A DNA stretch of 64,000 nucleotides from Candidatus Eiseniibacteriota bacterium (GTDB taxonomy: Bacteria; Eisenbacteria; RBG-16-71-46; JABDJR01), in NCBI GenBank assembly GCA_963783375.1, contig CAWANH010000029.1:96001-160000 (forward strand). The letters are read 5' to 3'. Under the pieces are notes generated by a model, which had not been told where the DNA came from, did not search any database, and saw nothing but the letters and a program-made list of their open reading frames with translations. A program made the translations under genes and the position numbers. This document shows positions 1-8,273 of the stretch, in pieces. How positions within the stretch are numbered: position 1 is the first letter of the stretch; every line of letters starts with the position of its first letter.

Positions 1-1137
1 GGAGCGGTAGCGCACCAGCTCCGGGGCCACGAACCGGGAGGGGTCCACTCCGGCATAGGTGACCCGGGTCACCTTGCGGAGCTCCGGGGCCTTCCAGTCC
101 CAGACCCAGACGTCGGGGCTGTTCACCGCCGAGCTGAAGCCCACCGCCACCCGGCTTCCGGCGGTGAAGGAGAATCCGCCCACCTCGCCGTCCAGGGGCG
201 GCGCGGGAATCCCGCGGTCCCGGACCAGATCCCAGAGCCTGAGGCGCGCGTAGCCGTCCTCGTTCACCGTCCAGCCCATCACCTTCCGGTCGGGGGAGAG
301 ACCCAGGGCCGCGACCTCCCACGGTCCGGAGGTGTCGAGAAAGCTCAGCCGTCGGCTGGCGAGGTCCAGCTCCGCCCGGCGCGGGATACCGTCCGCATTG
401 GCGTTGGAGATGAGGTAGATCTTCCGCCCGGAGCGGTCGAATTCGGCCGCCTCGTAGACCGCCTCGCCCCGGTGCTCGGTGAGCAGGGTTCGCGAGCCGG
501 TGGCGGTATCGACCAGGTAGATGTCGGTGTTGGTGTTGGACTCGGCGTGGGTGACCAGGAGCTTCGAGCCGTCTTCGCTCACGTCGCCGGCGGCGTTCCA
601 CCCTGGAATGTCGGCCAGCCGCGACTTCTGCCGCGCGGCGAGATCGAAGCGGTAGATGTAGAAGTTCTTTCCGTCGGCTTCGGTGCTCGCATAGTAGATG
701 ATCCCGCCGTCCGGGCTGAAGGAGGGGCTCCCGTGGCGGGCCTGGGGCAGCCGGGTCAGGTTCTCGGTCTGGCCGGTGCGGGAGTCCATCAGCCAGAGCT
801 GGGCATTCTCGTCGCCGCCCCGGGCCACCCCGCAGATCAGGTAGTCCCCGGAGGGGGAGAGGTTGTAGAAATTCACTCCCTCGGTGAACACCGAGAGCTG
901 GTAAGGCCAGCCGCCCTCGCCGTCCATGCGGTAGATCTGATTGACCCCGGAGGCGTTGGATGTGAAGAAGAGGGTGTTTCCGTCCCGGGTGATCTGCGGG
1001 TTTCCCGCGTACCCGATCTGCATGAAGGTGTCGATGTCCGGGGGCGGGGCCTTGGCGAACAACTCCGGTTCAGCGGCGGCGGCGGGGACCGAGAGGCTGA
1101 CCGCGAGGAGCATGGAAGCGAGGACGGGTGACCGCAT
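1..1137 (-). CDS. S9 (prolyl oligopeptidase/acylaminoacyl peptidase) family peptidase, N-terminal beta-propeller part; runs off the window start
   Basis: Not in the ORF track because there is no stop in the window. Manual translation from ATG 1137 (RBS GGAGG) gives signal peptide MRSPVLASMLLAVSLSVPAAAA, then TolB/WD40-like repeats (GVNQIYRM, GGDENAQLWL, SFSPDG, WTVNEDGY) and the 'FVAPELVRYRS' linker that precedes S9 catalytic domains. The catalytic domain is outside the window. Confidence 0.8.
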   Translation of the reverse strand, partial: MRSPVLASMLLAVSLSVPAAAAEPELFAKAPPPDIDTFMQIGYAGNPQITRDGNTLFFTSNASGVNQIYRMDGEGGWPYQLSVFTEGVNFYNLSPSGDYLICGVARGGDENAQLWLMDSRTGQTENLTRLPQARHGSPSFSPDGGIIYYASTEADGKNFYIYRFDLAARQKSRLADIPGWNAAGDVSEDGSKLLVTHAESNTNTDIYLVDTATGSRTLLTEHRGEAVYEAAEFDRSGRKIYLISNANADGIPRRAELDLASRRLSFLDTSGPWEVAALGLSPDRKVMGWTVNEDGYARLRLWDLVRDRGIPAPPLDGEVGGFSFTAGSRVAVGFSSAVNSPDVWVWDWKAPELRKVTRVTYAGVDPSRFVAPELVRYRS

Positions 1138-1192
1138 GGCTGGATCCTCCGGGAAAGGCGGATGGTTCGGGGGGACCGGGGGAGGTGCCGGG

Positions 1193-1221
1193 AGTCTAGA
1201 AGCCGGGAATAGGCTTGTCAA
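1193..1221 (-). promoter_or_regulatory. sigma70-type promoter for the S9 peptidase
   Basis: Minus strand TTGACA-N17-TAGACT, about 55 nt upstream of the ATG. Confidence 0.65.
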
Positions 1222-1257
1222 ATCGAGAGATGCGAGGTGCGGGGCCGGTGGAGGCGC

Positions 1258-1266
1258 TGGTATAAT
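1258..1266 (+). promoter_or_regulatory. extended -10 promoter for the 1346-5100 operon
   Basis: TGg-TATAAT: perfect -10 with the TG extension, divergent from the S9 promoter. Confidence 0.5.
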
Positions 1267-1345
1267 TGATGTGCCGTTCACCGCCTCGCGCCGTCGTCCG
1301 ATCGGGCCCCATCCGGTCGTTCCGGAGTCCCCGAAAGGAGCCTCG

Positions 1346-1879
1346 ATGCCCCTCGGTCCCCGAGCCTGGAAGCGACCCGATGCGCTCCGGCTCGCCGCGT
1401 TTCTCCTCCTGATCGCCGCCTTGGCCAGCCTGCCGCGCCGGCCCCCGGTCCCCGAACCCTCGCGAAGCCTGGATTGCGCGGCGGACCTTGCGTTCCCCTT
1501 CGACGTCCGCGTGGTGCCCCTGGATCCCCTCCGCCCCGGGAAGGCGCTCCGGGCGCGGGTCGAGGTGACCTCGCGCCGCCTCCTGGACCGGGTCGCCGTG
1601 ACCCTCCCCGGACCCGGGTCGGTGGGCCCGGTGGAGAACCCGGGGGGCCGTCTGGGCCTGATGCGCGCGGGCGAGATGCGGTCCGCCGTGGTCACCGTGA
1701 CCCTTCCCCCCGGGCGGGTGCGGCGAACCCTGGACTTCCGGGTCCAGGCGGAGATCGACGGGTGGCCGGTGGTGCGCGGGGCCAGCCTGAACCTGGTCTA
1801 CGACGCGGAGCCCTCGCGGGTGGTGACCGCCCCCGGCGGGCGCCGGATCCGCGAGGTGCCGGCGCGGAGGATCGGGTGA
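1346..1879 (+). CDS. hypothetical exported/membrane-anchored protein, probably Ig-like beta-sandwich (177 aa)
   Basis: ATG after RBS AAGGAG; hydrophobic segment LAAFLLLIAALASL; alternating beta pattern; stop overlaps the next start (TGATG). Confidence 0.65.
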   Translation: MPLGPRAWKRPDALRLAAFLLLIAALASLPRRPPVPEPSRSLDCAADLAFPFDVRVVPLDPLRPGKALRARVEVTSRRLLDRVAVTLPGPGSVGPVENPGGRLGLMRAGEMRSAVVTVTLPPGRVRRTLDFRVQAEIDGWPVVRGASLNLVYDAEPSRVVTAPGGRRIREVPARRIG

Positions 1880-4800
1880 TGCGCGCGCTGGCGCTGGTCC
1901 TCGGCTTCCTCGCCCTGGCCGCCGAGGCCTCGGCCGCCGACTTCACCGTCCGGGGGTCGTTTTCCTACGAGGATCGGATCTGGGACCAGTTCGGGTACAC
2001 CGGAGACGTGCAGAACCTCCCCATTCGCCGCGCCGACGTGGAGGTGGTGAGCGCGTCGAACGGCGCGATCCTGGGCGCGGGCTCCACCGCCGCCGACGGG
2101 AGCTACAGCATCCCGGTGACCGGCCTGACCGGTTCGGTGACCCTCTACGTCCGGTGTCTGAGCGCGACCGACAACGCCGCCGACTATCACGTGAAGGTGG
2201 TGGACACGTTCGACCGGGTGAACGGCACGGTGGATCTCACCGGATCCACCGTCCACGCCATCACCACCTCCAACCGGACCCACGACACCGCGATTCCCCT
2301 CCTGGACGTGGGGATCTATCTCATCCAGGACACCACCGGCTCCGGGGTCGCCCAGGCCTTCAACATCCTGGACGCGGGGGTGGATACCTTCGACTACCTG
2401 CACAGCTCGGCCGGGATCGGACGCTTTCCCACCGGAAGCGAGTTCCTGGTGTACGGGTGGGACGGCACCTCGGGATCCAACGGCTCCAACTATCTTTGGC
2501 AGGGGATCTACATCGCCTCGTCCACCACCGACACCGACGGGTGGGCGGATGCGGTGATCCTTCACGAAACCGGACACTGGGCGTCGGACATGTTCGGGAA
2601 CGATCACAGTCCCGGCGGTATCCATTACATCGGGGACATCGATCAGGACCCCCGGCTCTCCTACGGCGAGGGTTACGCCACCTTCTTCATGGGCCAGATC
2701 CGCGAATTCCGGGCCGCTTTCCTGAACGGTTCCGGGCAGCCCAAGGACGATCACGTCTCCTTCTACGCCGATCTGGGCATCCCCCCGCCGGTGGGGACCC
2801 CGGGCGGGCTCGGGTTCGCTTTCGACTTCGAGACCGGCCTCTACCAGAACGGGAGCCCGGTGAACCAGGTGGGCACCGCCTCGGAGACCAACGTGACCGC
2901 CGCGCAATGGGATCTCGTGGACGGGTACGACACTCCCGATGAAACCCCGGGGGCGGATGACGAGTCCGCCGACGACACCGGCGCCCTGAGCTGGCAGGTG
3001 ATTACCGGGTACATGACCGAGCTCAACCCTCCCGCCCACTGGATCACCGTCGAGGACTACTACCGCGGATGGTTCTCGGTGCACGGGGCCGGTTTCATGA
3101 AGACCGCGGTGGACTCCGCGTTCGTGGGCCTGGCGGGGATGGACTTCTTCGCCGACGGCTACGAGCCCGACGACGACACCACCGACGCCCCCACCGTGGC
3201 CCCCGCCGGATACGTCGTGCTTCAGGGCGGCGGGGTGGTCCTGAACGAGCTGGATCTCGGGTCCGAGGACAAGGTCGAGCTCTTGAACCGGGGAACCGAC
3301 CCGGTGGTTCTCACCGGCTGGAAGATCAAGGTCTATCGGAACGAATACCCCCTCGACGCCACCCGGATCTACACGTTTCCCGCGTTCACCCTCTACCCCG
3401 GGGGATTCGTGGTGGTGCACGAGGGCGGGGATCCCGCGCGGAACGGGACCACCGACCTCTTCGGCGGGGACTTCTCGATCGTCTGGGCGAACGGCGACGA
3501 CGGCGCCGGCGTCCTCGAGGACGCCGGCGGCGTCGCGAAGGACTTCGTGCGCTGGGACAACCCGAGCGGCTCCGATCCCAACACCACCCCCACCCCCTCG
3601 GGGACGGGCTGGTCGGGGACCCTTTACGCGCCTCCTACGGGGAAGAACCTGGGACGCGACGCGGACGGGACCGACACCGACACGGCGGTCGACTTCAGCT
3701 CCGAGGGCGCCACCATGGGCGCGCCCAATTTCGGCGACGTCCGCTTCCACACGATCTTTCCGGAGGGGGATCGCGACATGGTGCGGGTGCAGGTGGCGTC
3801 CGGGGATCTGGTGGTGATCCGGGCCTACTCCCCGCACTCCGCGGGGGAGCCCCGGGTGGAGCTCCTTGACGACGTGGGGAACCTCCTGGGAAGCGCCCAG
3901 GGAACCCACGGCTTCTCCACCCTGGGGGAGCTTCAGGCCTACTTCCCGAGCGCCACCCACGTCTTCGCCCGGGTGAGCCACGTGGGACCCTATACCGACT
4001 GGGCCCCGATCCAGCTCATGGTCTACCGGCGGCCGGTGGCCGCCGTCCTGAGTCCGCCGGTGGCCTTGAGCGCGATTCCGGCCAACCAGTTCGACGCGGC
4101 GGATCCGGTGGCCCTGAGCTGGTTGAACGGTGGGGCCTATGACGAGCTCCGGGTGAGCCGTGACGGAGGGGCGCCCACCGTGCTCTCCGGCGCCGCCACC
4201 TCGATGAACGACACCGCCGATCGCGGACCCCACACCTACACCGTCACCGGGTGGATCTCGGGGGCGTCGTCGGCGCCCTCCACGGTGAAGGTGTTCAGCG
4301 GCGTTCTCGACTGCACGGTCGCCGACGGGCTGGAGTCGGGGACCGCGGGTTTCCAGCTGGACGCTCCCTGGGGCCGCACCGCGACGCGCGCCGCCTCGGG
4401 CATCTGGTCGTTGACCGACAGCCCTTCGGGGGATTACGCGGTCAACGCCGACGTCTCGGCCGTGTTCGCGACGCCGGTCCTCCTCACGGCGTACCCCCGC
4501 CTGGAGTTCGATCACATCTGCATCACCGAGGAGGGCTACGACTACGGGCGGGTGGAGATCTCCACCGACTTCGGAAACAACTGGAACGAGCTGGCCCGCT
4601 ACGACATGGGCTCCTACCCCGAGTGGACCGACGGCGTGGCCAATTCCGGGGATTGGAAGCACGAGACCATCGATCTGAACGACTACGTGGCGGAAAAGGT
4701 GATCGTGCGATTCCGCCTGGTAAGCGATCCCTACGTCGTCGAGGACGGCTGGTACGTGGACAACGCGTCCATCTCCGATCCTCTCTGCCGGACGCTGACC

Positions 4801-5100
4801 GGGGTTCCCGACGCGGAGGCGGACGGCCGTCCTCTCCTCTCGGCCGGCCCCAACCCGTTCTCCGGGCGGCTGGGTCTCCTGCTCTCGGTGCGCCCGGGGG
4901 GGCCGGTCCGGGTGGAGGTCTTCGACGCCTCCGGCCGGCGGGTCCGCACCCTCTTCGACGGAACCTCGACGCGGGGAAGCATGGACCTCGCCTGGGATGG
5001 GCGGGACGAATCGGGCCGGCGCACCGCGGCGGGGGTGTATCTGATCCGTGCGCGCACCCCCGGGGCGTCGTCGGTGCGGCGGGTGGTCCGGCTTCCCTGA
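1879..5100 (+). CDS. secreted multidomain Zn metalloprotease-like protein: gluzincin HExxH...E, lamin-tail domain, jelly-roll domain, C-terminal FlgD-Ig/T9SS-type sorting domain (1073 aa)
   Basis: Signal peptide MRALALVLGFLALAAEASA; ILHETGH and downstream YGEGYATF; LTD-like VVLNEL..DKVELLNRG..VVLTGWKI; YDYGRVEISTDFG..W..L..Y jelly-roll; C-terminal GPNPF...FDASGRRVRTL...WDGRDESG..TAAGVYLIR...RRVVRLP. Confidence 0.8.
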   Translation: MRALALVLGFLALAAEASAADFTVRGSFSYEDRIWDQFGYTGDVQNLPIRRADVEVVSASNGAILGAGSTAADGSYSIPVTGLTGSVTLYVRCLSATDNAADYHVKVVDTFDRVNGTVDLTGSTVHAITTSNRTHDTAIPLLDVGIYLIQDTTGSGVAQAFNILDAGVDTFDYLHSSAGIGRFPTGSEFLVYGWDGTSGSNGSNYLWQGIYIASSTTDTDGWADAVILHETGHWASDMFGNDHSPGGIHYIGDIDQDPRLSYGEGYATFFMGQIREFRAAFLNGSGQPKDDHVSFYADLGIPPPVGTPGGLGFAFDFETGLYQNGSPVNQVGTASETNVTAAQWDLVDGYDTPDETPGADDESADDTGALSWQVITGYMTELNPPAHWITVEDYYRGWFSVHGAGFMKTAVDSAFVGLAGMDFFADGYEPDDDTTDAPTVAPAGYVVLQGGGVVLNELDLGSEDKVELLNRGTDPVVLTGWKIKVYRNEYPLDATRIYTFPAFTLYPGGFVVVHEGGDPARNGTTDLFGGDFSIVWANGDDGAGVLEDAGGVAKDFVRWDNPSGSDPNTTPTPSGTGWSGTLYAPPTGKNLGRDADGTDTDTAVDFSSEGATMGAPNFGDVRFHTIFPEGDRDMVRVQVASGDLVVIRAYSPHSAGEPRVELLDDVGNLLGSAQGTHGFSTLGELQAYFPSATHVFARVSHVGPYTDWAPIQLMVYRRPVAAVLSPPVALSAIPANQFDAADPVALSWLNGGAYDELRVSRDGGAPTVLSGAATSMNDTADRGPHTYTVTGWISGASSAPSTVKVFSGVLDCTVADGLESGTAGFQLDAPWGRTATRAASGIWSLTDSPSGDYAVNADVSAVFATPVLLTAYPRLEFDHICITEEGYDYGRVEISTDFGNNWNELARYDMGSYPEWTDGVANSGDWKHETIDLNDYVAEKVIVRFRLVSDPYVVEDGWYVDNASISDPLCRTLTGVPDAEADGRPLLSAGPNPFSGRLGLLLSVRPGGPVRVEVFDASGRRVRTLFDGTSTRGSMDLAWDGRDESGRRTAAGVYLIRARTPGASSVRRVVRLP

Positions 5101-5273
5101 CGGTTCCCGTGCTGAGTTAGATAAATCTTGTAACATTCTTATCGTCAGTCATTTAGCAGTTGTTCATTCGAGCGGTGCACTCCCGTCCGCCCCTGGAATC
5201 CGCTAATCCTGCGGTTGCGAGCGCCGATACCTCCAGGACAGTCGAAATTCAACCCCCAGCGAGGTACCGCCCG

Positions 5274-5789
5274 ATGAACCGTGAGCCCGTCCTCGATCCG
5301 TCCGGTCTCGCTCGTGCCGCCGCGCGTATCGCCTCCATCATCCCCGGCTATTCCGGCTACAAGAACCGCGAACGCCTGCGGGAGGAGGATCGGGCGGTCC
5401 GGGATGCGGTGGTGCGCCAGCTCGGTCTCACCATGGGCCGTCTGGAGCGCGCCTTGAGCGCAACCATCCGCTCCCTGGCCCCCGCCGAGGTGGAGGAGGC
5501 GGATCGGGTGCTCCGCGCCCTGAGCCGTGACCGCGACCGGATCCGGTTCGCTCCCGCCGGCTACTCCTCGCTCTTCGCCCGGAAGAAGATCCAGTCCAAC
5601 GAACTGGACGGTCTGTTGGCTCTCGATGCCCAGCTCTGGGCCGCCCTGGACGCGCTGGACCGCTCCGCGGGGGACTGGGACGAGGCCACCCGGCGCGGGG
5701 AAGGGAAGTGGCCGGGCCGGGATATCGATGGCGCCATTCGCGAGCTGGAAGATGTCCTCGACCAGCGTGAGTCCACCCTGAGGAGCTGA
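5274..5789 (+). CDS. conserved-looking all-helical hypothetical protein (171 aa), first gene of the SPFH operon
   Basis: ATG after GAGG; motifs IPGYSGYKNRERLREEDRAVR and RFAPAGYSSLF; ends 2 nt before the SPFH gene. Confidence 0.75.
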   Translation: MNREPVLDPSGLARAAARIASIIPGYSGYKNRERLREEDRAVRDAVVRQLGLTMGRLERALSATIRSLAPAEVEEADRVLRALSRDRDRIRFAPAGYSSLFARKKIQSNELDGLLALDAQLWAALDALDRSAGDWDEATRRGEGKWPGRDIDGAIRELEDVLDQRESTLRS

Positions 5790-5791
5790 CC

Positions 5792-6796
5792 ATGTCGATC
5801 TTTCTTGAAGTCATCCAGGCCCATGATCCCACCGGGAGCGAGATGATCCATCGGGTTCCCGAGGACGGAACGGGGGCGATCAAGTTGGGCGCGGTGTGCA
5901 TCGTCCAGGAGAGCCAGGTCGGGGTGTTTTACCGGGACGGCCAGGTGCTGGACGCCCTGGGTCCGGGACGCCACGTTCTGTCCACCGCCAACCTGCCGCT
6001 GTTGAGCAGCCTCCTCTCCATCCCCTACGGGGGCACGAGCCCGTTCCAGGCCGCGGTGTACTTCGTGAACCAGAAGGTGTTCACGAACCTCAAGTGGGGT
6101 ACGCGCCAGCCGGTGGCGTTCCGGGACCGCGAGCTCGGGGTGGTGCGCCTTCGCGCCCACGGCGTCTACGCCATGCGGATCGCCGACCCCGTGCTCTTTC
6201 TCAACACGCTGGTCGGCACCCAGGGAATCGTGGCCACCTCCGACCTGGAGAGCTACCTCCGGGATGTGGTGGTGGCGCGCCTGAACGACCTCCTCGGCGA
6301 AAAGCTCACCAGCCTGCTCGATCTGCCCGCCCTCTACAACGAACTGGCCACCGAGGCGCGCCTGGAGCTGAAGCACGACTTCGGCCGGTACGGCATCGAC
6401 CTCATCGATTTCTTCGTCACCTCGGTGACTCCCACCGAAGAGGTCCAGAAGGCCCTCGACGAGCGCGCGGGCCTGAACGCGGTGGGACCGCTCCAGGCCT
6501 ACCTCCAGTACCAGGCCGGGAAGGCCCTGGGCCGCCCCGGATCGGCGGGCGAGAACCCGGGGGGGAACGGTGCCGCTTCGGGGCTGGGGCTCGGAGTGGG
6601 GGCCGGCATGGGTCTCCTGTTGCCGCAGGCATTTCTCGGGTCCGCCGCGCGGGCCCAGGGCGGAGGCTTCTGTCCCCATTGCGGGGCCTCCCTCGGCGGC
6701 ACGACCTCCTGCGTCTCGTGCTCCGTGGAGCTTCCCGCCGGCGCGCGGTTCTGTCCCAAGTGCGGAGCGGAGCAGAAGACCGCGCAATCGTCGTGA
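5792..6796 (+). CDS. SPFH/Band-7 domain protein (YdjI-like) with C-terminal double zinc ribbon
   Basis: IVQESQVGVFYRDG, GPGRHVLSTANLP, VYFVNQK, LKWGT, VRLRAHGVY; Gly-rich helix GLGLGVGAGMG; CPHCG..CVSC..FCPKCG. Confidence 0.9.
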   Translation: MSIFLEVIQAHDPTGSEMIHRVPEDGTGAIKLGAVCIVQESQVGVFYRDGQVLDALGPGRHVLSTANLPLLSSLLSIPYGGTSPFQAAVYFVNQKVFTNLKWGTRQPVAFRDRELGVVRLRAHGVYAMRIADPVLFLNTLVGTQGIVATSDLESYLRDVVVARLNDLLGEKLTSLLDLPALYNELATEARLELKHDFGRYGIDLIDFFVTSVTPTEEVQKALDERAGLNAVGPLQAYLQYQAGKALGRPGSAGENPGGNGAASGLGLGVGAGMGLLLPQAFLGSAARAQGGGFCPHCGASLGGTTSCVSCSVELPAGARFCPKCGAEQKTAQSS

Positions 6797-8223
6797 CCGG
6801 CGGCGCACGCTTCGAGCTCGAATGTCCCCGGTGCGGGGGGACGGTCACCTTCCTGGAGGGGGCGGCGGCCCTGGATTGCCCGAGCTGCCGGGGCCGGTTC
6901 TTCCTGGGCGAAGACGGCTCGGCGGGCTGGTTGCTCCCCCCCACGGTCGACCCCGAAACCGCGGCCGGCGCCGCCCGGACCTGGCTCCGCGAGAGCGGGC
7001 GGCGGGTCACCCGGATCGATCCCCCCCAGGGGGTGCTGATTCCATTCTACTGGACCCGCGGGCTCCGTTTCGTGTGGCGGCTGAAGGACCCGGCCCGAGA
7101 GCGGCAGGCGGCCTACGCCCGCTCCGAGCACGCGCTCCGGCGCGTTCTCGGCGCGGCGGATCCGTCGTGGGGCGCGGGCGATCCCGACGACTGGGAAGCG
7201 GGTGCGTCGGTGGAGGCCTTCACCTACACCTTCCCCGCCCATCCCCTGGCCCGCCCCGGCTTCGGGAGTGCGGTGCGTTTCCAGAGCCTCCCCCTGTCCC
7301 TTCTCGACCCCGACCGGCTGCCGTCGGGATACCGGCTGCTGGACCCGACCCTCGGGCCGGAGGACGCCGGGAGTCGCGCTTCCCGGCGCCTGGCCGCCCG
7401 GGAGCGGACCCGGGAAAGCGGGCGGGGAACCTCGGCCGGGGTGGACCTGCATCGCCGGCTCAACCTCGCCGCCGTCCCCGCGGTGCTCGTGCCCTTCGGG
7501 TTTCGCGACGTGGAGCGCGGGGCGGTGCTGGTGGACGGGGTGAGCGGCCGCGCGCGGGAAGCGGTGGATGAGGCGCTCCTTCTCGCCGCCGAACGGCCCA
7601 TATCCCCCGGGCGGCTTCGCTATCCCGAGCTCCTTCCCCTGGAGTGCGGGGAGTGCGGGTGGGAGCTGGACCTGGTGGAACGGGACCGGCTTCATCCCTG
7701 CCCGAACTGCGGCGCGTGCTGGGAAATGGTCGGTCGCGACCGGCGCCGGGTTCGGCAGTGGTTCCTCGACGTGGAGCCGGACCCCTCGGGGCGGCTTCTC
7801 CCGTTCTGGGTGTTCGGGGCCGGCTCGGGGACCGAAAACCCGCCCGCCGAACCGCTCTTCGTTCCCGCCTATGCCGCCCGCCACCTCGAGGCCCAGATGC
7901 ATCTGGCCGCCACCCTCACCCGCCGTCCGCCCTCCGGGGACTGGTACCTCGACCCCGACCGGGCCCCCCGCGGGGCCGCGGTGGGGAGCGAGGAGGCTCG
8001 GGGTTGGCGCTGGGCGGTAACCGGCTCTCTTTCAAGGGAATCCTATTCGGACTTCGCGCGGTTTCTGAAAGACTCCACCTCCGGCGCCGCCTCCGCCGAG
8101 CCCCCGGCGGGTCTGGCTTGGCTTCCGTTCCGGCGGGAGGGCGGCGATCTGGTGGAGCCGGTCACCGGCGCCCGGACCCGCGCGGTGGGCACCACCCCCT
8201 GGGAGCTCGACCAGGCGGTTTGA
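6793..8223 (+). CDS. zinc-ribbon-containing hypothetical protein (YdjG-like architecture, 476 aa)
   Basis: GTG overlaps the SPFH stop (GTGA). Two ribbons, CPRCG..CPSC and CGECG..CPNCG, each followed by a (I/L)PF(Y/W) motif, suggest an internal duplication. Confidence 0.75.
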   Translation: MTGGARFELECPRCGGTVTFLEGAAALDCPSCRGRFFLGEDGSAGWLLPPTVDPETAAGAARTWLRESGRRVTRIDPPQGVLIPFYWTRGLRFVWRLKDPARERQAAYARSEHALRRVLGAADPSWGAGDPDDWEAGASVEAFTYTFPAHPLARPGFGSAVRFQSLPLSLLDPDRLPSGYRLLDPTLGPEDAGSRASRRLAARERTRESGRGTSAGVDLHRRLNLAAVPAVLVPFGFRDVERGAVLVDGVSGRAREAVDEALLLAAERPISPGRLRYPELLPLECGECGWELDLVERDRLHPCPNCGACWEMVGRDRRRVRQWFLDVEPDPSGRLLPFWVFGAGSGTENPPAEPLFVPAYAARHLEAQMHLAATLTRRPPSGDWYLDPDRAPRGAAVGSEEARGWRWAVTGSLSRESYSDFARFLKDSTSGAASAEPPAGLAWLPFRREGGDLVEPVTGARTRAVGTTPWELDQAV

Positions 8224-8273
8224 CCCGGTTTCCCGGCGTCCTTCGGGTAAGATACGGCCGGAAGGGGGGCGCC

